Source of the DNA: a bacterium
GTDB taxonomy: Bacteria; Eisenbacteria; RBG-16-71-46
Length of the DNA stretch: 24,363 nucleotides
Direction: 5' to 3'
Assembly (NCBI GenBank): GCA_043779265.1
Contig: JAYWEM010000073.1
Location: forward strand, 1 to 24,363
Below the pieces are notes generated by a model. The model was not told the DNA's origin. It searched no databases and worked only from the letters and a program-made list of their open reading frames with translations. The position numbers and the translations under genes are program-made. Positions 1-8,893 of this stretch are shown here, piece by piece (positions within the stretch are counted from its first letter, which is position 1; each line of letters starts with the position of its first letter).

Positions 1-1
1 C

Positions 2-730
2 GAGGCGGTCAGCTATCGAGGTGCCGGCACGATCGAGATGCTGCTGGCGCAGAATGGCGACTTCTACTTCCTCGAGATGAACACGCGGCTCCAGGTCGAG
101 CACCCGGTCACCGAACTGGTCACGGGCATCGATGTCGTCCGTGCGCAGATCGAGGTGGCGATGCGGGGAGCCCTGCCCTGCGCGCAGTCGGAAGTGCGAT
201 GCGAGGGGCACGCCATCGAGGCGCGCGTCTATGCCGAGGATGCGGCGCACGGCTTCCTGCCGCAGGCCGGCGTGGCGAGCCGCGTGCGCTGGCCGAGTGG
301 CGCGTTCGTGCGCGTGGACCGTGGAATCGAGTCGGGCGATGAGGTCTCCGTTCACTACGACCCCATGCTCGCCAAGGTCATCGCGTTCGGGCGCACGAGA
401 GGGGCCGCGCTGGCACGGTTGACCAGTGCGATCGACGAGACGCGCATCCACGGCGTCATCACCAATCTGCCCTTCCTGCGCGCCCTGACCCGCGATCCGC
501 GCGTGGTCGAGGCGGCGTTCGACACCGAGTGGATCGAGCGCGAGTTCATGGCCGGCTTCGAGGCGATGGCGCAGGCACCCGCGCCCGATCTCGCCGTGGC
601 TGCAGCGGCGCTGGCCGAACTCCTGACACCAGCTGCGGGCATCTCCCGCACGCCGAACGGCTCATCGACACCCGTTTCCGATCCGTTCGCATCGCTCGGG
701 CGTTGGCGTCTGCCGGGGACCGGGTCATGA
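2..730 (+). CDS. Biotin carboxylase subunit of an acyl-CoA carboxylase (MCC/PCC-alpha type), 5'-truncated by the window edge
   Basis: Frame is open from base 2 (EAVSYRGAGTIEM...). Carries the ATP-grasp/BC motifs FYFLEMNTRLQVEHPVTE, GHAIEARVYAED and VSVHYDPMLAKVIA. Ends just after the helix/hook segment DPFASLGRWR. Confidence 0.93.
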   Translation, partial: EAVSYRGAGTIEMLLAQNGDFYFLEMNTRLQVEHPVTELVTGIDVVRAQIEVAMRGALPCAQSEVRCEGHAIEARVYAEDAAHGFLPQAGVASRVRWPSGAFVRVDRGIESGDEVSVHYDPMLAKVIAFGRTRGAALARLTSAIDETRIHGVITNLPFLRALTRDPRVVEAAFDTEWIEREFMAGFEAMAQAPAPDLAVAAAALAELLTPAAGISRTPNGSSTPVSDPFASLGRWRLPGTGS

Positions 731-1221
731 AGAGCCTGTGGCGCGATGGCGATCGTCAGCGGGAAACCGAAGTCCGCTCGCTCGGCGAGGGACGCTTCCT
801 CGTGCGCGTCGACGAGGCCGAGTTCACGTTGAGCGTCGAGGTCTCGCCCGACGGACGCATGCGATTGCGAGGCGAGGCAGGCGACGCCGTCGCCGAAGTG
901 ACCGCTTCGGGCAGCCGGCGATTCGTGCGGCTCGGGACGCTCGAGTTCGTGCTCGATCGAGAGAGCAGCACACGCAAGCGCGTCGGCGGCGCCCACGGCG
1001 GCAACCTCGAGGCGCCGATGCCGGGCGTCGTGACACGCCTGATGGTCGCGCCGGGCGACGAGGTGACCAAGGGGCAGCCGCTCGTGGCGATCGAGGCGAT
1101 GAAGATGGAGCATCTGATCCGCGCTCCCCGCGACGGCCGGGTCGCCCGTGTCGACGCCGCGATCGGCGTGCTGGTGCAGGGCGGCGTCGCGCTCGTTGCG
1201 CTCGTCGAGCTCAAGGACTGA
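727..1221 (+). CDS. Biotin carboxyl carrier protein with an N-terminal BT-like beta domain (164 aa)
   Basis: ATG at 727 overlaps the upstream TGA (ATGA). Biotinyl-domain motifs APMPGVV and IEAMKME. Confidence 0.9.
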   Translation: MKSLWRDGDRQRETEVRSLGEGRFLVRVDEAEFTLSVEVSPDGRMRLRGEAGDAVAEVTASGSRRFVRLGTLEFVLDRESSTRKRVGGAHGGNLEAPMPGVVTRLMVAPGDEVTKGQPLVAIEAMKMEHLIRAPRDGRVARVDAAIGVLVQGGVALVALVELKD

Positions 1222-1225
1222 TCCG

Positions 1226-2032
1226 CTGAGATTCCACCGCTACGTTGCGATCGGGGACAGTTCGACCGAGGGAATCGATGATCCCGACGGCCGCGGCGGC
1301 TTCCGCGGCTGGGCCGACCGCCTCGCGCAACAGCTCGCCGATCTCCAGGGCGGCATCGAGTACGCGAACCTCGGTATCCGTGGCCGATCGACGGCCGAGA
1401 TCCGTGAGCAACAGCTGGCGCCGGCGCTTGCGATGCGTCCGGATCTGGCGACGCTGTTCTGCGGCACCAACGATGTGCTGGCCGCCCGCTTCGACCCCAA
1501 GACATTCGCCCGCGACGTCGAGGCCCTACAACGCGCGCTTCGAGAGCAGGGCGCCACGGTGCTCGGCTTCACGCTGCCCGACCTGACGCCGTTGATCCCC
1601 GCCGCTCGATTGATCGCACCGCGGATCGCGCGCATGAATGAGGCGTTGGCCTCGTGCTCGGCCAGGACCGGCGCGATCCTCGTCGACTTCGCGGCACATG
1701 AGGTCGCCGTGGATCCGCGGCTCTGGAGTCCGGATCGCATCCATGCCAACTCCGATGGGCATGCGCGCATCGCCAGGGCCCTGGCGAACGCACTCGGGCT
1801 GCCGCAGAGCGATGACTCCTGGACGCAACCACTGCCGCCCGCAGAGCCGCGTGGCGCGCTCGCCCGTGCGATACGCGAATCGCGTTGGTGGTTGCGTCAT
1901 GCGCTGCCGTGGTCGCTCGCGCCGCTGGCTTCGCTGCTGCCGACGCCGAGCCGACGTGCGAAGCGCGAGCGACTGGAGCGAGTGGTGCCGAGCGCGCAGT
2001 CCGCTCTCGCGTCCGACTCGCCGAATGGCTAG
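1226..2032 (+). CDS. SGNH/GDSL hydrolase (about 268 aa, probable CTG start)
   Basis: Blocks YVAIGDSSTEG, NLGIRG, CGTND and DRIHAN. CTG at 1226 lies 8 nt after AAGGA (1213-1217); the start codon is inferred. Confidence 0.88.
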   Translation: MRFHRYVAIGDSSTEGIDDPDGRGGFRGWADRLAQQLADLQGGIEYANLGIRGRSTAEIREQQLAPALAMRPDLATLFCGTNDVLAARFDPKTFARDVEALQRALREQGATVLGFTLPDLTPLIPAARLIAPRIARMNEALASCSARTGAILVDFAAHEVAVDPRLWSPDRIHANSDGHARIARALANALGLPQSDDSWTQPLPPAEPRGALARAIRESRWWLRHALPWSLAPLASLLPTPSRRAKRERLERVVPSAQSALASDSPNG

Positions 2033-2042
2033 ATTCCCTCTC

Positions 2043-3119
2043 ATGTCCGACCCACGCACCTCCGAAGCCACGCGCACCGCCATCACCACCGTCGGACTGT
2101 TCGTCGTGGTCGCGATGCTCTGGATGCTGCGTGAACTCGTGCTTCTGGTGGGATTCGCGGCGTTGCTCGCCTTCGCGCTCGACCCGCTCGTGAGTCTGAT
2201 GGCGCGGGTCCGCATCGCCCGCCGGACGATGACGCGGCAGGCGGCCGCCACGATCGTGATGATGCTGGTGGTCGGGCTTCTCGCCTGGGCGATGATCACG
2301 CTGGTGCCGCAGGTGGTCCGCGAAGCGGGGCGGTTCGCCGACCGGGCCCCCGATAGCCTCGAACGCCTGCTCGCGGCGACGCGTGCGTGGGCCGAGGCGA
2401 ACGGATTCGAGGGCATGCTCGGTCCGCTGGGCGGCGCGACCCCGATGACGGCGGGCGAGTTGTTCTCGGCCGCGAGCGGCCCAGTGCTTCGTACCGCAGG
2501 GCGACTGTTCGACCTCGGGCAGTTGGTGGGCATCGTGCTCGTGCCGGTGTTGGCGTTCTACCTGCTCGCCGAGCGCGCCGCCGTCGAATCGAGCGCGTTG
2601 CAGTTCGTGCCCGAAGACGCGAGGTCGCGCGCCCAGACGGCGCTCGCGGCGGTCGATCGCGCCCTGAGCAGTTACGTGAGGGGGCAGAGCGTCGTGTGCG
2701 CCATCATGGGGCTCACGACGGGAGTCGCGCTGGCGCTGATCGGTCTGCCCGGCGCGATCCTGCTCGGCACGATCGTGGCGTTGGCCGAGATCATCCCCAT
2801 CGTCGGGTTCTGGAGCGCGTCGGTCGCGATCGTGCTGGCGGGCTGGGGTTCGGCCGACCCCTCGACCGCGCTGTATGGCTGGCTCGCTTATCTGCTCATC
2901 AACCAGGGCGTCGGACTGTTCGTCGTTCCGCGCGTGATGGGGCAGCATATGAAGATGCACCCGTTCGTCGTCATGGTCAGCATCCTCGCGGGAGGCGCGC
3001 TACTCGGCGCCGCCGGCGCCATTCTGGCGCTGCCGCTGGCGGCGGCCCTGCAGTCACTCATCGCGGAGTTCGCGCCTCGCCCGGCTCGCCGGCTCAAGGA
3101 CCGATCGGCCACTGCCTGA
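2043..3119 (+). CDS. AI-2E family transporter (about 358 aa)
   Basis: Multiple TM segments; family motifs LAFALDPLV, YVRGQ, EIIPIVG, PRVMG...MHP and GAILALPLAA. Alternative ATG at 2025. Confidence 0.9.
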   Translation: MSDPRTSEATRTAITTVGLFVVVAMLWMLRELVLLVGFAALLAFALDPLVSLMARVRIARRTMTRQAAATIVMMLVVGLLAWAMITLVPQVVREAGRFADRAPDSLERLLAATRAWAEANGFEGMLGPLGGATPMTAGELFSAASGPVLRTAGRLFDLGQLVGIVLVPVLAFYLLAERAAVESSALQFVPEDARSRAQTALAAVDRALSSYVRGQSVVCAIMGLTTGVALALIGLPGAILLGTIVALAEIIPIVGFWSASVAIVLAGWGSADPSTALYGWLAYLLINQGVGLFVVPRVMGQHMKMHPFVVMVSILAGGALLGAAGAILALPLAAALQSLIAEFAPRPARRLKDRSATA

Positions 3120-3135
3120 TCCTCGGAGGGATCCC

Positions 3136-3969
3136 ATGCGCGTCATCGTCCGAAACGCCGCACGCACCCTGCTCGCTGCACTCACGTTCGTGGTCGCCGG
3201 ATGTGGCGCTGGTTCCTCGACTGCGCCGGGCGGTGTGCCTCTCGGAACGTTCAACGAGTTGCTCGCGATGATCGATCGGGCGGTGATCCCGGGAGCGATT
3301 CTGCCGCCCAACGCCGATTCGACCGCGGCGTTTCTCGGAGCGCTGAACGTCGAGGGGCTCCGCGCGGGGTTCGGCCTGTTCCCGACCTACATCTCGCCCA
3401 CGGTGGTGCAGTTCAGCGATGCCGGCGCCGTCTCGATCCGCACCGTCGCATCGGGGGGCGAGACGACGCTGGATCGGCAGCAACTGATCGTCAGTGGCTT
3501 CACGATGAATGTGTACTCCACGCTGCCCAGTCATCCGGCGGGATTCGTGCTGGCCTTCGACGGCACCACCCAGCATCGCTTCACCGTCTCGGGCGCCTCC
3601 TCGGTCACGGCCTTCGTCGATAGCGTCCGCAGTGTCTCGCTCCCGGTCGTCGTGACGCCCGCAGCGGGCGCGACCGTGCCGCGCGCCTCGAACCTCGACA
3701 TCACCTGGACCCCGATGGGTTCGGACACGGCCGTGTACGTCGCGGGGCTCCTCGTCTCGGAGATCGACACGACGCTCTCGGCGGCGGTGACCCTCGCTCG
3801 TGATGTCGATGGCAGCTCCCGCATCGACTCGGCTCGACTCGCCACATTGCCGATCGGTGCGGCCCGGCTCTCGCTTGCGCGATACCGGATCGTGCGGCGC
3901 GATGCGGGGGCGAGGCGCATCAATCTGATCAGTCAGGCGGTCACCCTGCGCACCGTGGAGCTCCAGTAG
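3136..3969 (+). CDS. Hypothetical lipoprotein (277 aa)
   Basis: GGAGG SD at 3125-3129. Basic N-terminus, hydrophobic stretch and lipobox-like VAG-C. Beta-rich mature region. Confidence 0.75.
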   Translation: MRVIVRNAARTLLAALTFVVAGCGAGSSTAPGGVPLGTFNELLAMIDRAVIPGAILPPNADSTAAFLGALNVEGLRAGFGLFPTYISPTVVQFSDAGAVSIRTVASGGETTLDRQQLIVSGFTMNVYSTLPSHPAGFVLAFDGTTQHRFTVSGASSVTAFVDSVRSVSLPVVVTPAAGATVPRASNLDITWTPMGSDTAVYVAGLLVSEIDTTLSAAVTLARDVDGSSRIDSARLATLPIGAARLSLARYRIVRRDAGARRINLISQAVTLRTVELQ

Positions 3970-4051
3970 CCGCTCACGACGGGCTTCAGAGCGGTGATGC
4001 ACCCTGCCGATACCACGGTCATGCCGAGACTCGAGCCGGTCGACCGGGGCG

Positions 4052-4081
4052 TTGACCCCTTTCGGTCGCGCGCGCTAACCT
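4052..4081 (+). promoter_or_regulatory. Sigma70-type promoter TTGACC-N18-TAACCT upstream of the structured RNA and phoH operon
   Basis: Near-consensus hexamers in a GC-rich intergenic region. Predicted TSS near 4088. Confidence 0.65.
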
Positions 4082-4120
4082 GCGGTCGTCGCCTGCGGTT
4101 CGGGCGGTCGCCGCTGCGCG

Positions 4121-4267
4121 GGCTCCCCAGAAGCCGACGGGAGGCCATCGTCAGTTGGAGAGAGGACCCAGGGTCACCAGGGTTGCCGACACATCGCGCA
4201 CACGCTTCCGGCGTATCGAGGCTCTTGACCCAGCCTGAGCATCTGAGGGCTGAGTGGGTCGGGAGTC
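4121..4267 (+). ncRNA. ssrS: 6S-RNA-like structured RNA (core 4121-4267; outer stem extends to 4096-4288)
   Basis: 5' GGCTCCCCAGAAGCC can pair with 3' GGCTGAGTGGGTCGGGAGTC. Apical GACC-CAG-GGTC hairpin with flanking TGG/CCA and GTC/GAC. Outer stem CGGTTCGGG(4096-4104)/CCCGAACCG(4280-4288) gives a rod of about 190 nt behind its own promoter. Family assignment is from remembered resemblance, not a covariance search. Confidence 0.55.
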
Positions 4268-4321
4268 TGTTCTTTTCCCCCCGAACCGGAATACGAGGGG
4301 AATGCACTGAGGGCATACGCC

Positions 4322-5431
4322 TTGTACGTCCGTAAGTTCCCCATCGAGCATCTCGACCCGATCGCCTTGCTCGGGCATAACGATGCGAACGTCCGTCAGA
4401 TCGAGGCCGAGCTTTCCGTTCGCATCACGCTGCGCGACGGGACGATCACGGTCTCGGGCGACGAGTCCGCTGTGAAGCCGGCCTCGCAGGCCCTGTCCGA
4501 ACTCGTGCTGCTCGTCGAACGCGGCCGGACCATCGAGGAAGCCGACGTGGCGACCGCGATCGGTCAGGCGCGCCGCGAGAACGGCGATCCGCGCAATGGT
4601 CATGGGCGGCTGGCCGAGGCCTACGACGGTGCTCCGGGATTCAACTTCGAGCGCAAGGTCGTACGCGCGCGCACGCCGACGCAGGCCACCTACTTGAAGG
4701 CGTTCGAACAGCACGATGTGGTGTTCGGCATCGGACCGGCCGGCACGGGCAAGACCTACCTCGCCGTCGCCGCCGCCGTTGCGGCGCTCCGCTCCAAGCA
4801 GGTCGAGCGCATCATCCTGGTGCGACCGGCCGTGGAGGCGGGCGAGAACCTGGGCTTCCTGCCGGGCGACATGCAGGAGAAGGTCGATCCGTACCTGCGT
4901 CCCATGTACGACGCGCTGTCCGACCTGATGAGCTACGACAAGATGCGCCGTTTCCTCGAGATGGGCGTGATCGAGATCGCGCCGCTCGCGTTCATGCGCG
5001 GGCGCACGCTGCATAACGCGTTCATCATCCTCGATGAGGCGCAGAACACGACCGTGCGCCAGATGAAGATGTTCCTGACGCGCATGGGTCCGGGTTCGCG
5101 CGCGGTCATCACCGGTGACCTGACCCAGATCGACCTTCGGCAGCCGGACCAGTCCGGGCTCGTCCGCATCCAGACGATCCTCGGTCCCGTGCCCGGGGTG
5201 CAGTTCGTTTACTTCCATCAGGAAGACGTGGTCCGCCACCGCCTCGTGCGAGACATCATCCACGCCTTCGAGATCTACCATGCCCGCGTCGATGCCAAGT
5301 TCGACGACGGCGTGGGAGCCACTCTCGATCCGCTCCAGGCCAGCCTGGAGGAAGAGGCGACTCGGGAGGCGCGGACAGTGCACACGCCGCTCCTGCCGGA
5401 TGAACGCGAGCTCAAGGGACCTGCGGCCTAG
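4322..5431 (+). CDS. phoH: PhoH family ATPase with N-terminal KH-like domain (YbeZ type)
   Basis: Walker A GPAGTGKT, RPAVEAGENLGFLPGD, PLAFMRGRT, LDEAQN, GDLTQIDL and DVVRHRLV. TTG start after GAGGG. Confidence 0.96.
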   Translation: MYVRKFPIEHLDPIALLGHNDANVRQIEAELSVRITLRDGTITVSGDESAVKPASQALSELVLLVERGRTIEEADVATAIGQARRENGDPRNGHGRLAEAYDGAPGFNFERKVVRARTPTQATYLKAFEQHDVVFGIGPAGTGKTYLAVAAAVAALRSKQVERIILVRPAVEAGENLGFLPGDMQEKVDPYLRPMYDALSDLMSYDKMRRFLEMGVIEIAPLAFMRGRTLHNAFIILDEAQNTTVRQMKMFLTRMGPGSRAVITGDLTQIDLRQPDQSGLVRIQTILGPVPGVQFVYFHQEDVVRHRLVRDIIHAFEIYHARVDAKFDDGVGATLDPLQASLEEEATREARTVHTPLLPDERELKGPAA

Positions 5432-5461
5432 CCGCAGCCCCCCGCTCCGCGGAGGCCGTAT

Positions 5462-7681
5462 CTGAGTACATCCGATCTGCCGTCGGTTCCCGCCCTGCCG
5501 GATCGGGCGCGAGCATGGCCGTGGGCCTACTGGGCCACGCGTACGCTATTCGTCCTGGTGCTGCTGGGAGTCGCGGCCGCACTGCCGGTGGGTCAGGGCG
5601 CCACGGATCGCATGCGCGTGCGCGAGGGCGAGATCGCGCGGGAGCGCATCGTCGCGCCCTATGACTTCCGAATCGAGAAGGACGAGGCGACGCTGCGGCG
5701 CGAGCAGGAGGCCGCTGCCCTCTCGGTGGCGCCGGTGTTCGTCGTCGATGCGCGCGCGCAGTCGGAGTCGATGGCGAAGTGGGCGACGTTCGAAGAGCGG
5801 GTGATGGCGATCGTGTCGGACCCGAGCACGGGTCCGAGCCAGCGGATCGAACGCCTGCGCCAACTCGGCGTGGCGCTCGACGATCACGCACTGGAAGCGC
5901 TTGCGGCCCCCGGGCGCGCTCGACGGGCCCTGCACGAGCTGAGCGGGTGGCTCGGCGAGATCGCGCAGTCGGGAGTCGTGGCCGAGAAGAAGGGCGGCTT
6001 CATCCTCGGCTATCGCACGATCACGCTGCGTGACGGCGAGGGTGAGGCGGCCGCGACTGCGAGCCGCTTCCTCGAGAAGCGCGAGGCACTCGACCAGATC
6101 GCGAGGCGTGGCCGTCAGGCGTTCGCGAGCGATGCGCGTGGTGCCCAGTTGGTGATCGAGCTGGCGACCCCGTTCATCCAGCCGACGGTGTTGTTCGATC
6201 GTGCCGAGACCGAGTGGCGCCGGGTGCAGGCGCAGGGCGCGGTCAGCGGCGTCATCGGCAGCGTGAAGAAGGACGAGTTGATCGTCGACGCCAACGAGCG
6301 CGTCACCTCCGCGGCGGTGCAGAAGCTGCGCTCGCTGCGCAATCTCGAGGCAGCCAAGCGCCACCAGAGCGAGTTCCTCTACCCGCCCGTCGCGCGCATG
6401 CTGCTGATGCTGCTGTTCATCGCGGCATTCACTACCTATCTGCGCATGGAGCTGCCCGCGGTCTATCGTGACAACGGCATGCTCGGCATGTTCACCCTGC
6501 TGACCGTCGCGGTCCTCGGCGTCACGGTCGTGCTGGTGATGCGCCTCGGCCTTTCGGAGTTCACGGTCCCACTGGCACTCGCGCCACTCGTCGTGGCGTC
6601 CCTGCTCGAGAAGCGCCCGGCGCTGGTGTTCACGCTCATGCTGGCGGTGCTCGCGACCGCCGTCGCCGAGCTGCGTGCGCCGTTCGTCCCGGTCGCCATG
6701 ATGGGCGGCGTCACCGCCGTCTATTCGGTGTCGCGTTTGCGCCATCGCTGGCATTTCGTGCGCGCGTTCTTCGCGATCGGGCTCGCCAACCTGGCGGCCA
6801 TCCTCGCGTGGGACCTGGCGCGCAGCACCCCTGCGACCGAGTTGGTGCGCGATGCCATGTGGGGCGGCGTCAACGCCTTTCTCGCCACGGCACTCGCCTT
6901 CGGGCTGCTGCCGATCGTGGAGTGGCTGTTCCGCCTGACGAGTGACGTCACGCTGCTCGAACTCTCGGACCTCAATCGGCCGCTGCTGCGCCGCATGCAG
7001 CTCGAGGCGCCCGGCACCTACCATCACAGCATGGTCGTGGGCTCGCTGGCCGAGGCCGCGGCCGAGGCGGTGGGCGCCAACTCGCTGCTCGCGCGCGTGC
7101 AGGCCTACTACCACGACGTCGGCAAGCTGGCGAAGCCCGAGTACTACGCCGAGAACGAGCCCGCCTCCTCGCGGTCGCGCCACGACAAGCTGACCCCGTC
7201 GATGAGCGCGCTCGTCGTGAAGTCGCACATCCAGGAGGGTCTGCAGATCGCCCGCAAGGAGCGACTGCCGCATGCAGTGCGCGACTCGATTCCCGAGCAC
7301 CATGGCACGATGGTGATGGCGTTCTTCTATCACAAGGCACTCGAGAGCGATCCGAATGCGAGACGCGAGGACTACAGCTATCCGGGGCCCCGCCCGCACT
7401 CCAAGGAGACCGCGATCCTGATGCTCGCCGATGGCGTCGAGGGCGCCTCGCGCGCACTGGCCGAGCCGACGCCGAGCCGCATCCGCGGCCTCGTGCAGCG
7501 GATCATCGAGGAGCGCGTTCGCGACGGTCAGTTGGACGAGTGCGGCCTGACGCTCCAGGACCTGGCCCGCATCCGAGAGGCGTTCTTCCCCGTGCTGACC
7601 GCCATCTTCCACGTGCGCGTGCCCTATCCGGATGCGCCCAAGCGCGAGAGCCGCTCCGAGCGTTCGAGCCAGGAGACCTGA
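5462..7681 (+). CDS. 7TM-HD phosphohydrolase, PgpH-like c-di-AMP phosphodiesterase (about 739 aa, probable CTG start)
   Basis: N-terminal TM, large extracytoplasmic domain, 7 TM helices, then LLELSDLNRPLL, APGTYHHS, YYHDVGK, EHHGT, YSYPGPRP and MLADGVE. Sits in the usual position between phoH and ybeY. GGAGG at 5451-5455 is 6 nt before CTG 5462. Confidence 0.92.
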   Translation: MSTSDLPSVPALPDRARAWPWAYWATRTLFVLVLLGVAAALPVGQGATDRMRVREGEIARERIVAPYDFRIEKDEATLRREQEAAALSVAPVFVVDARAQSESMAKWATFEERVMAIVSDPSTGPSQRIERLRQLGVALDDHALEALAAPGRARRALHELSGWLGEIAQSGVVAEKKGGFILGYRTITLRDGEGEAAATASRFLEKREALDQIARRGRQAFASDARGAQLVIELATPFIQPTVLFDRAETEWRRVQAQGAVSGVIGSVKKDELIVDANERVTSAAVQKLRSLRNLEAAKRHQSEFLYPPVARMLLMLLFIAAFTTYLRMELPAVYRDNGMLGMFTLLTVAVLGVTVVLVMRLGLSEFTVPLALAPLVVASLLEKRPALVFTLMLAVLATAVAELRAPFVPVAMMGGVTAVYSVSRLRHRWHFVRAFFAIGLANLAAILAWDLARSTPATELVRDAMWGGVNAFLATALAFGLLPIVEWLFRLTSDVTLLELSDLNRPLLRRMQLEAPGTYHHSMVVGSLAEAAAEAVGANSLLARVQAYYHDVGKLAKPEYYAENEPASSRSRHDKLTPSMSALVVKSHIQEGLQIARKERLPHAVRDSIPEHHGTMVMAFFYHKALESDPNARREDYSYPGPRPHSKETAILMLADGVEGASRALAEPTPSRIRGLVQRIIEERVRDGQLDECGLTLQDLARIREAFFPVLTAIFHVRVPYPDAPKRESRSERSSQET

Positions 7682-7683
7682 GC

Positions 7684-8154
7684 GTGCCGATCTCGGTCGA
7701 GGCGCCGCGGGGATTCGCGGCGCCGTTGCGGGCACTGGTGACGCAGGCGGTGAAGGGCGAGGGTCGACGCGTCGGCGACATCACGGTCGTGCTCTCGGAC
7801 GATGCCACGCTGCGCGAGCTGAATCGTCAGTGGCGCGGCCTCGACAAGGCGACCGACGTGCTGAGTTTCGCCTATGACGAGTACGAGCCCGATGCCGCGA
7901 CGAGGCCCGTGACCGGTGATCTGGTGATCTCGATGGGCCGGGTGAGCGCACAGGCGAAGCGGTTCCGGGTCGCGGAGGGCGTCGAGTTGGCCCGCTTGGT
8001 GATCCACGGGGCGCTGCACCTGTGCGGCCATGATCACATGCAGGCTGCCGAGCGGAAGGAAATGCGCGCGCGTGAGGCGGCTGCGATGCGCCGAGGGCGC
8101 GCCGCCGCAGCCCGGCTGACGGCCGCGCTGGCCCCGGCTCGCCGTCACCGCTAG
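7684..8154 (+). CDS. ybeY: rRNA maturation endoribonuclease YbeY (156 aa)
   Basis: LN..WRG.DKATDVLSF, GDLVIS and HGALHLCGHDH. GTG start 8 nt after AGGAG. Confidence 0.95.
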   Translation: MPISVEAPRGFAAPLRALVTQAVKGEGRRVGDITVVLSDDATLRELNRQWRGLDKATDVLSFAYDEYEPDAATRPVTGDLVISMGRVSAQAKRFRVAEGVELARLVIHGALHLCGHDHMQAAERKEMRAREAAAMRRGRAAAARLTAALAPARRHR

Positions 8155-8203
8155 ATTCGCGCCGTCCCAGCGTCCCGCCCCATCCCACGAGGTGTCTTCC
8201 GGC

Positions 8204-8869
8204 ATGACTCCGCAGACCCAGGCTCGATCCGAGAATCCCTTCCTCGGCCGGTTCCGCACCTACCTGCTGACGGGCCTCGCGGTGCTCGCTCCCTCGGCGG
8301 TCACGCTCTGGGTGCTCTATCGGCTCCTCAACTGGGTCGACAATCTACTCGGTCGCTACCTGCGGTTCGCGGCGCTCGACTACCACCGCATCCCCGGCCT
8401 CGGCATCCTCGCCACGCTGCTGCTCCTCCTGATCGTCGGCTTCATCGCAGCGCGGATCGGGCAGGGACCGCTGGCGCGCGTGTGGGATCGCATGCTGCTG
8501 CGCATCCCGGGCATCGGGATCGTGTACGGCTCCACCAAGTCCCTCGGCGAGGCATTCCTGTCGCAGAAGGAGCAGACGTTCCGCCAGGTCGTGCTCGTGC
8601 CGTGGCCGCATCCGGGCATCTGGCGCATCGGGTTCCTGACCGGGCATGTGGGGGACGACCTGAAAAAGCTTCTCGGTGAGGACCTCTCGTGTGTGTTCAT
8701 CCCGCACACCCCGAATCCCGCTTCCGGGTTCGTGCACTACGTTCCCAAGCGCGAGATCGTGCTGCTCGATTGGTCGATCGAGGACGGCTTGAAGGTGGTG
8801 GTCTCGGGCGGTGTCGTGCAGCCGGGGATGACCGCCGAGCAGGCGCGAGCCGGCTCTCAGGTCAGCTGA
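8204..8869 (+). CDS. DUF502 domain membrane protein (221 aa)
   Basis: LLTGL..LAP, RIPGIGIVY..K, IGFLT, VFIPHTPNPASGF and EDGLKVVVSGG. GAGGTG lies 9 nt before ATG 8204. Confidence 0.9.
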   Translation: MTPQTQARSENPFLGRFRTYLLTGLAVLAPSAVTLWVLYRLLNWVDNLLGRYLRFAALDYHRIPGLGILATLLLLLIVGFIAARIGQGPLARVWDRMLLRIPGIGIVYGSTKSLGEAFLSQKEQTFRQVVLVPWPHPGIWRIGFLTGHVGDDLKKLLGEDLSCVFIPHTPNPASGFVHYVPKREIVLLDWSIEDGLKVVVSGGVVQPGMTAEQARAGSQVS

Positions 8870-8893
8870 GCTCACGCGCCAGGGGGCGCATCC

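Noticed and set aside
4036..4047. Perfect palindrome CCGGTCGACCGG just upstream of the -35 box
   Set aside because: GC-rich palindromes around TCGA are frequent in this sequence, and I saw no second copy.
3994..4335. 113-aa ORF across the structured RNA region
   Set aside because: Atypical composition, no clear SD, and it overlaps the promoter and RNA structure.
5429..5461. phoH and the HD gene are in the same frame, separated by one TAG (possible read-through fusion or recoding)
   Set aside because: Same frame has a 1-in-3 chance. The HD gene has its own strong SD, the phoH tail looks like a free terminus, and TAG is a normal stop elsewhere in the window.
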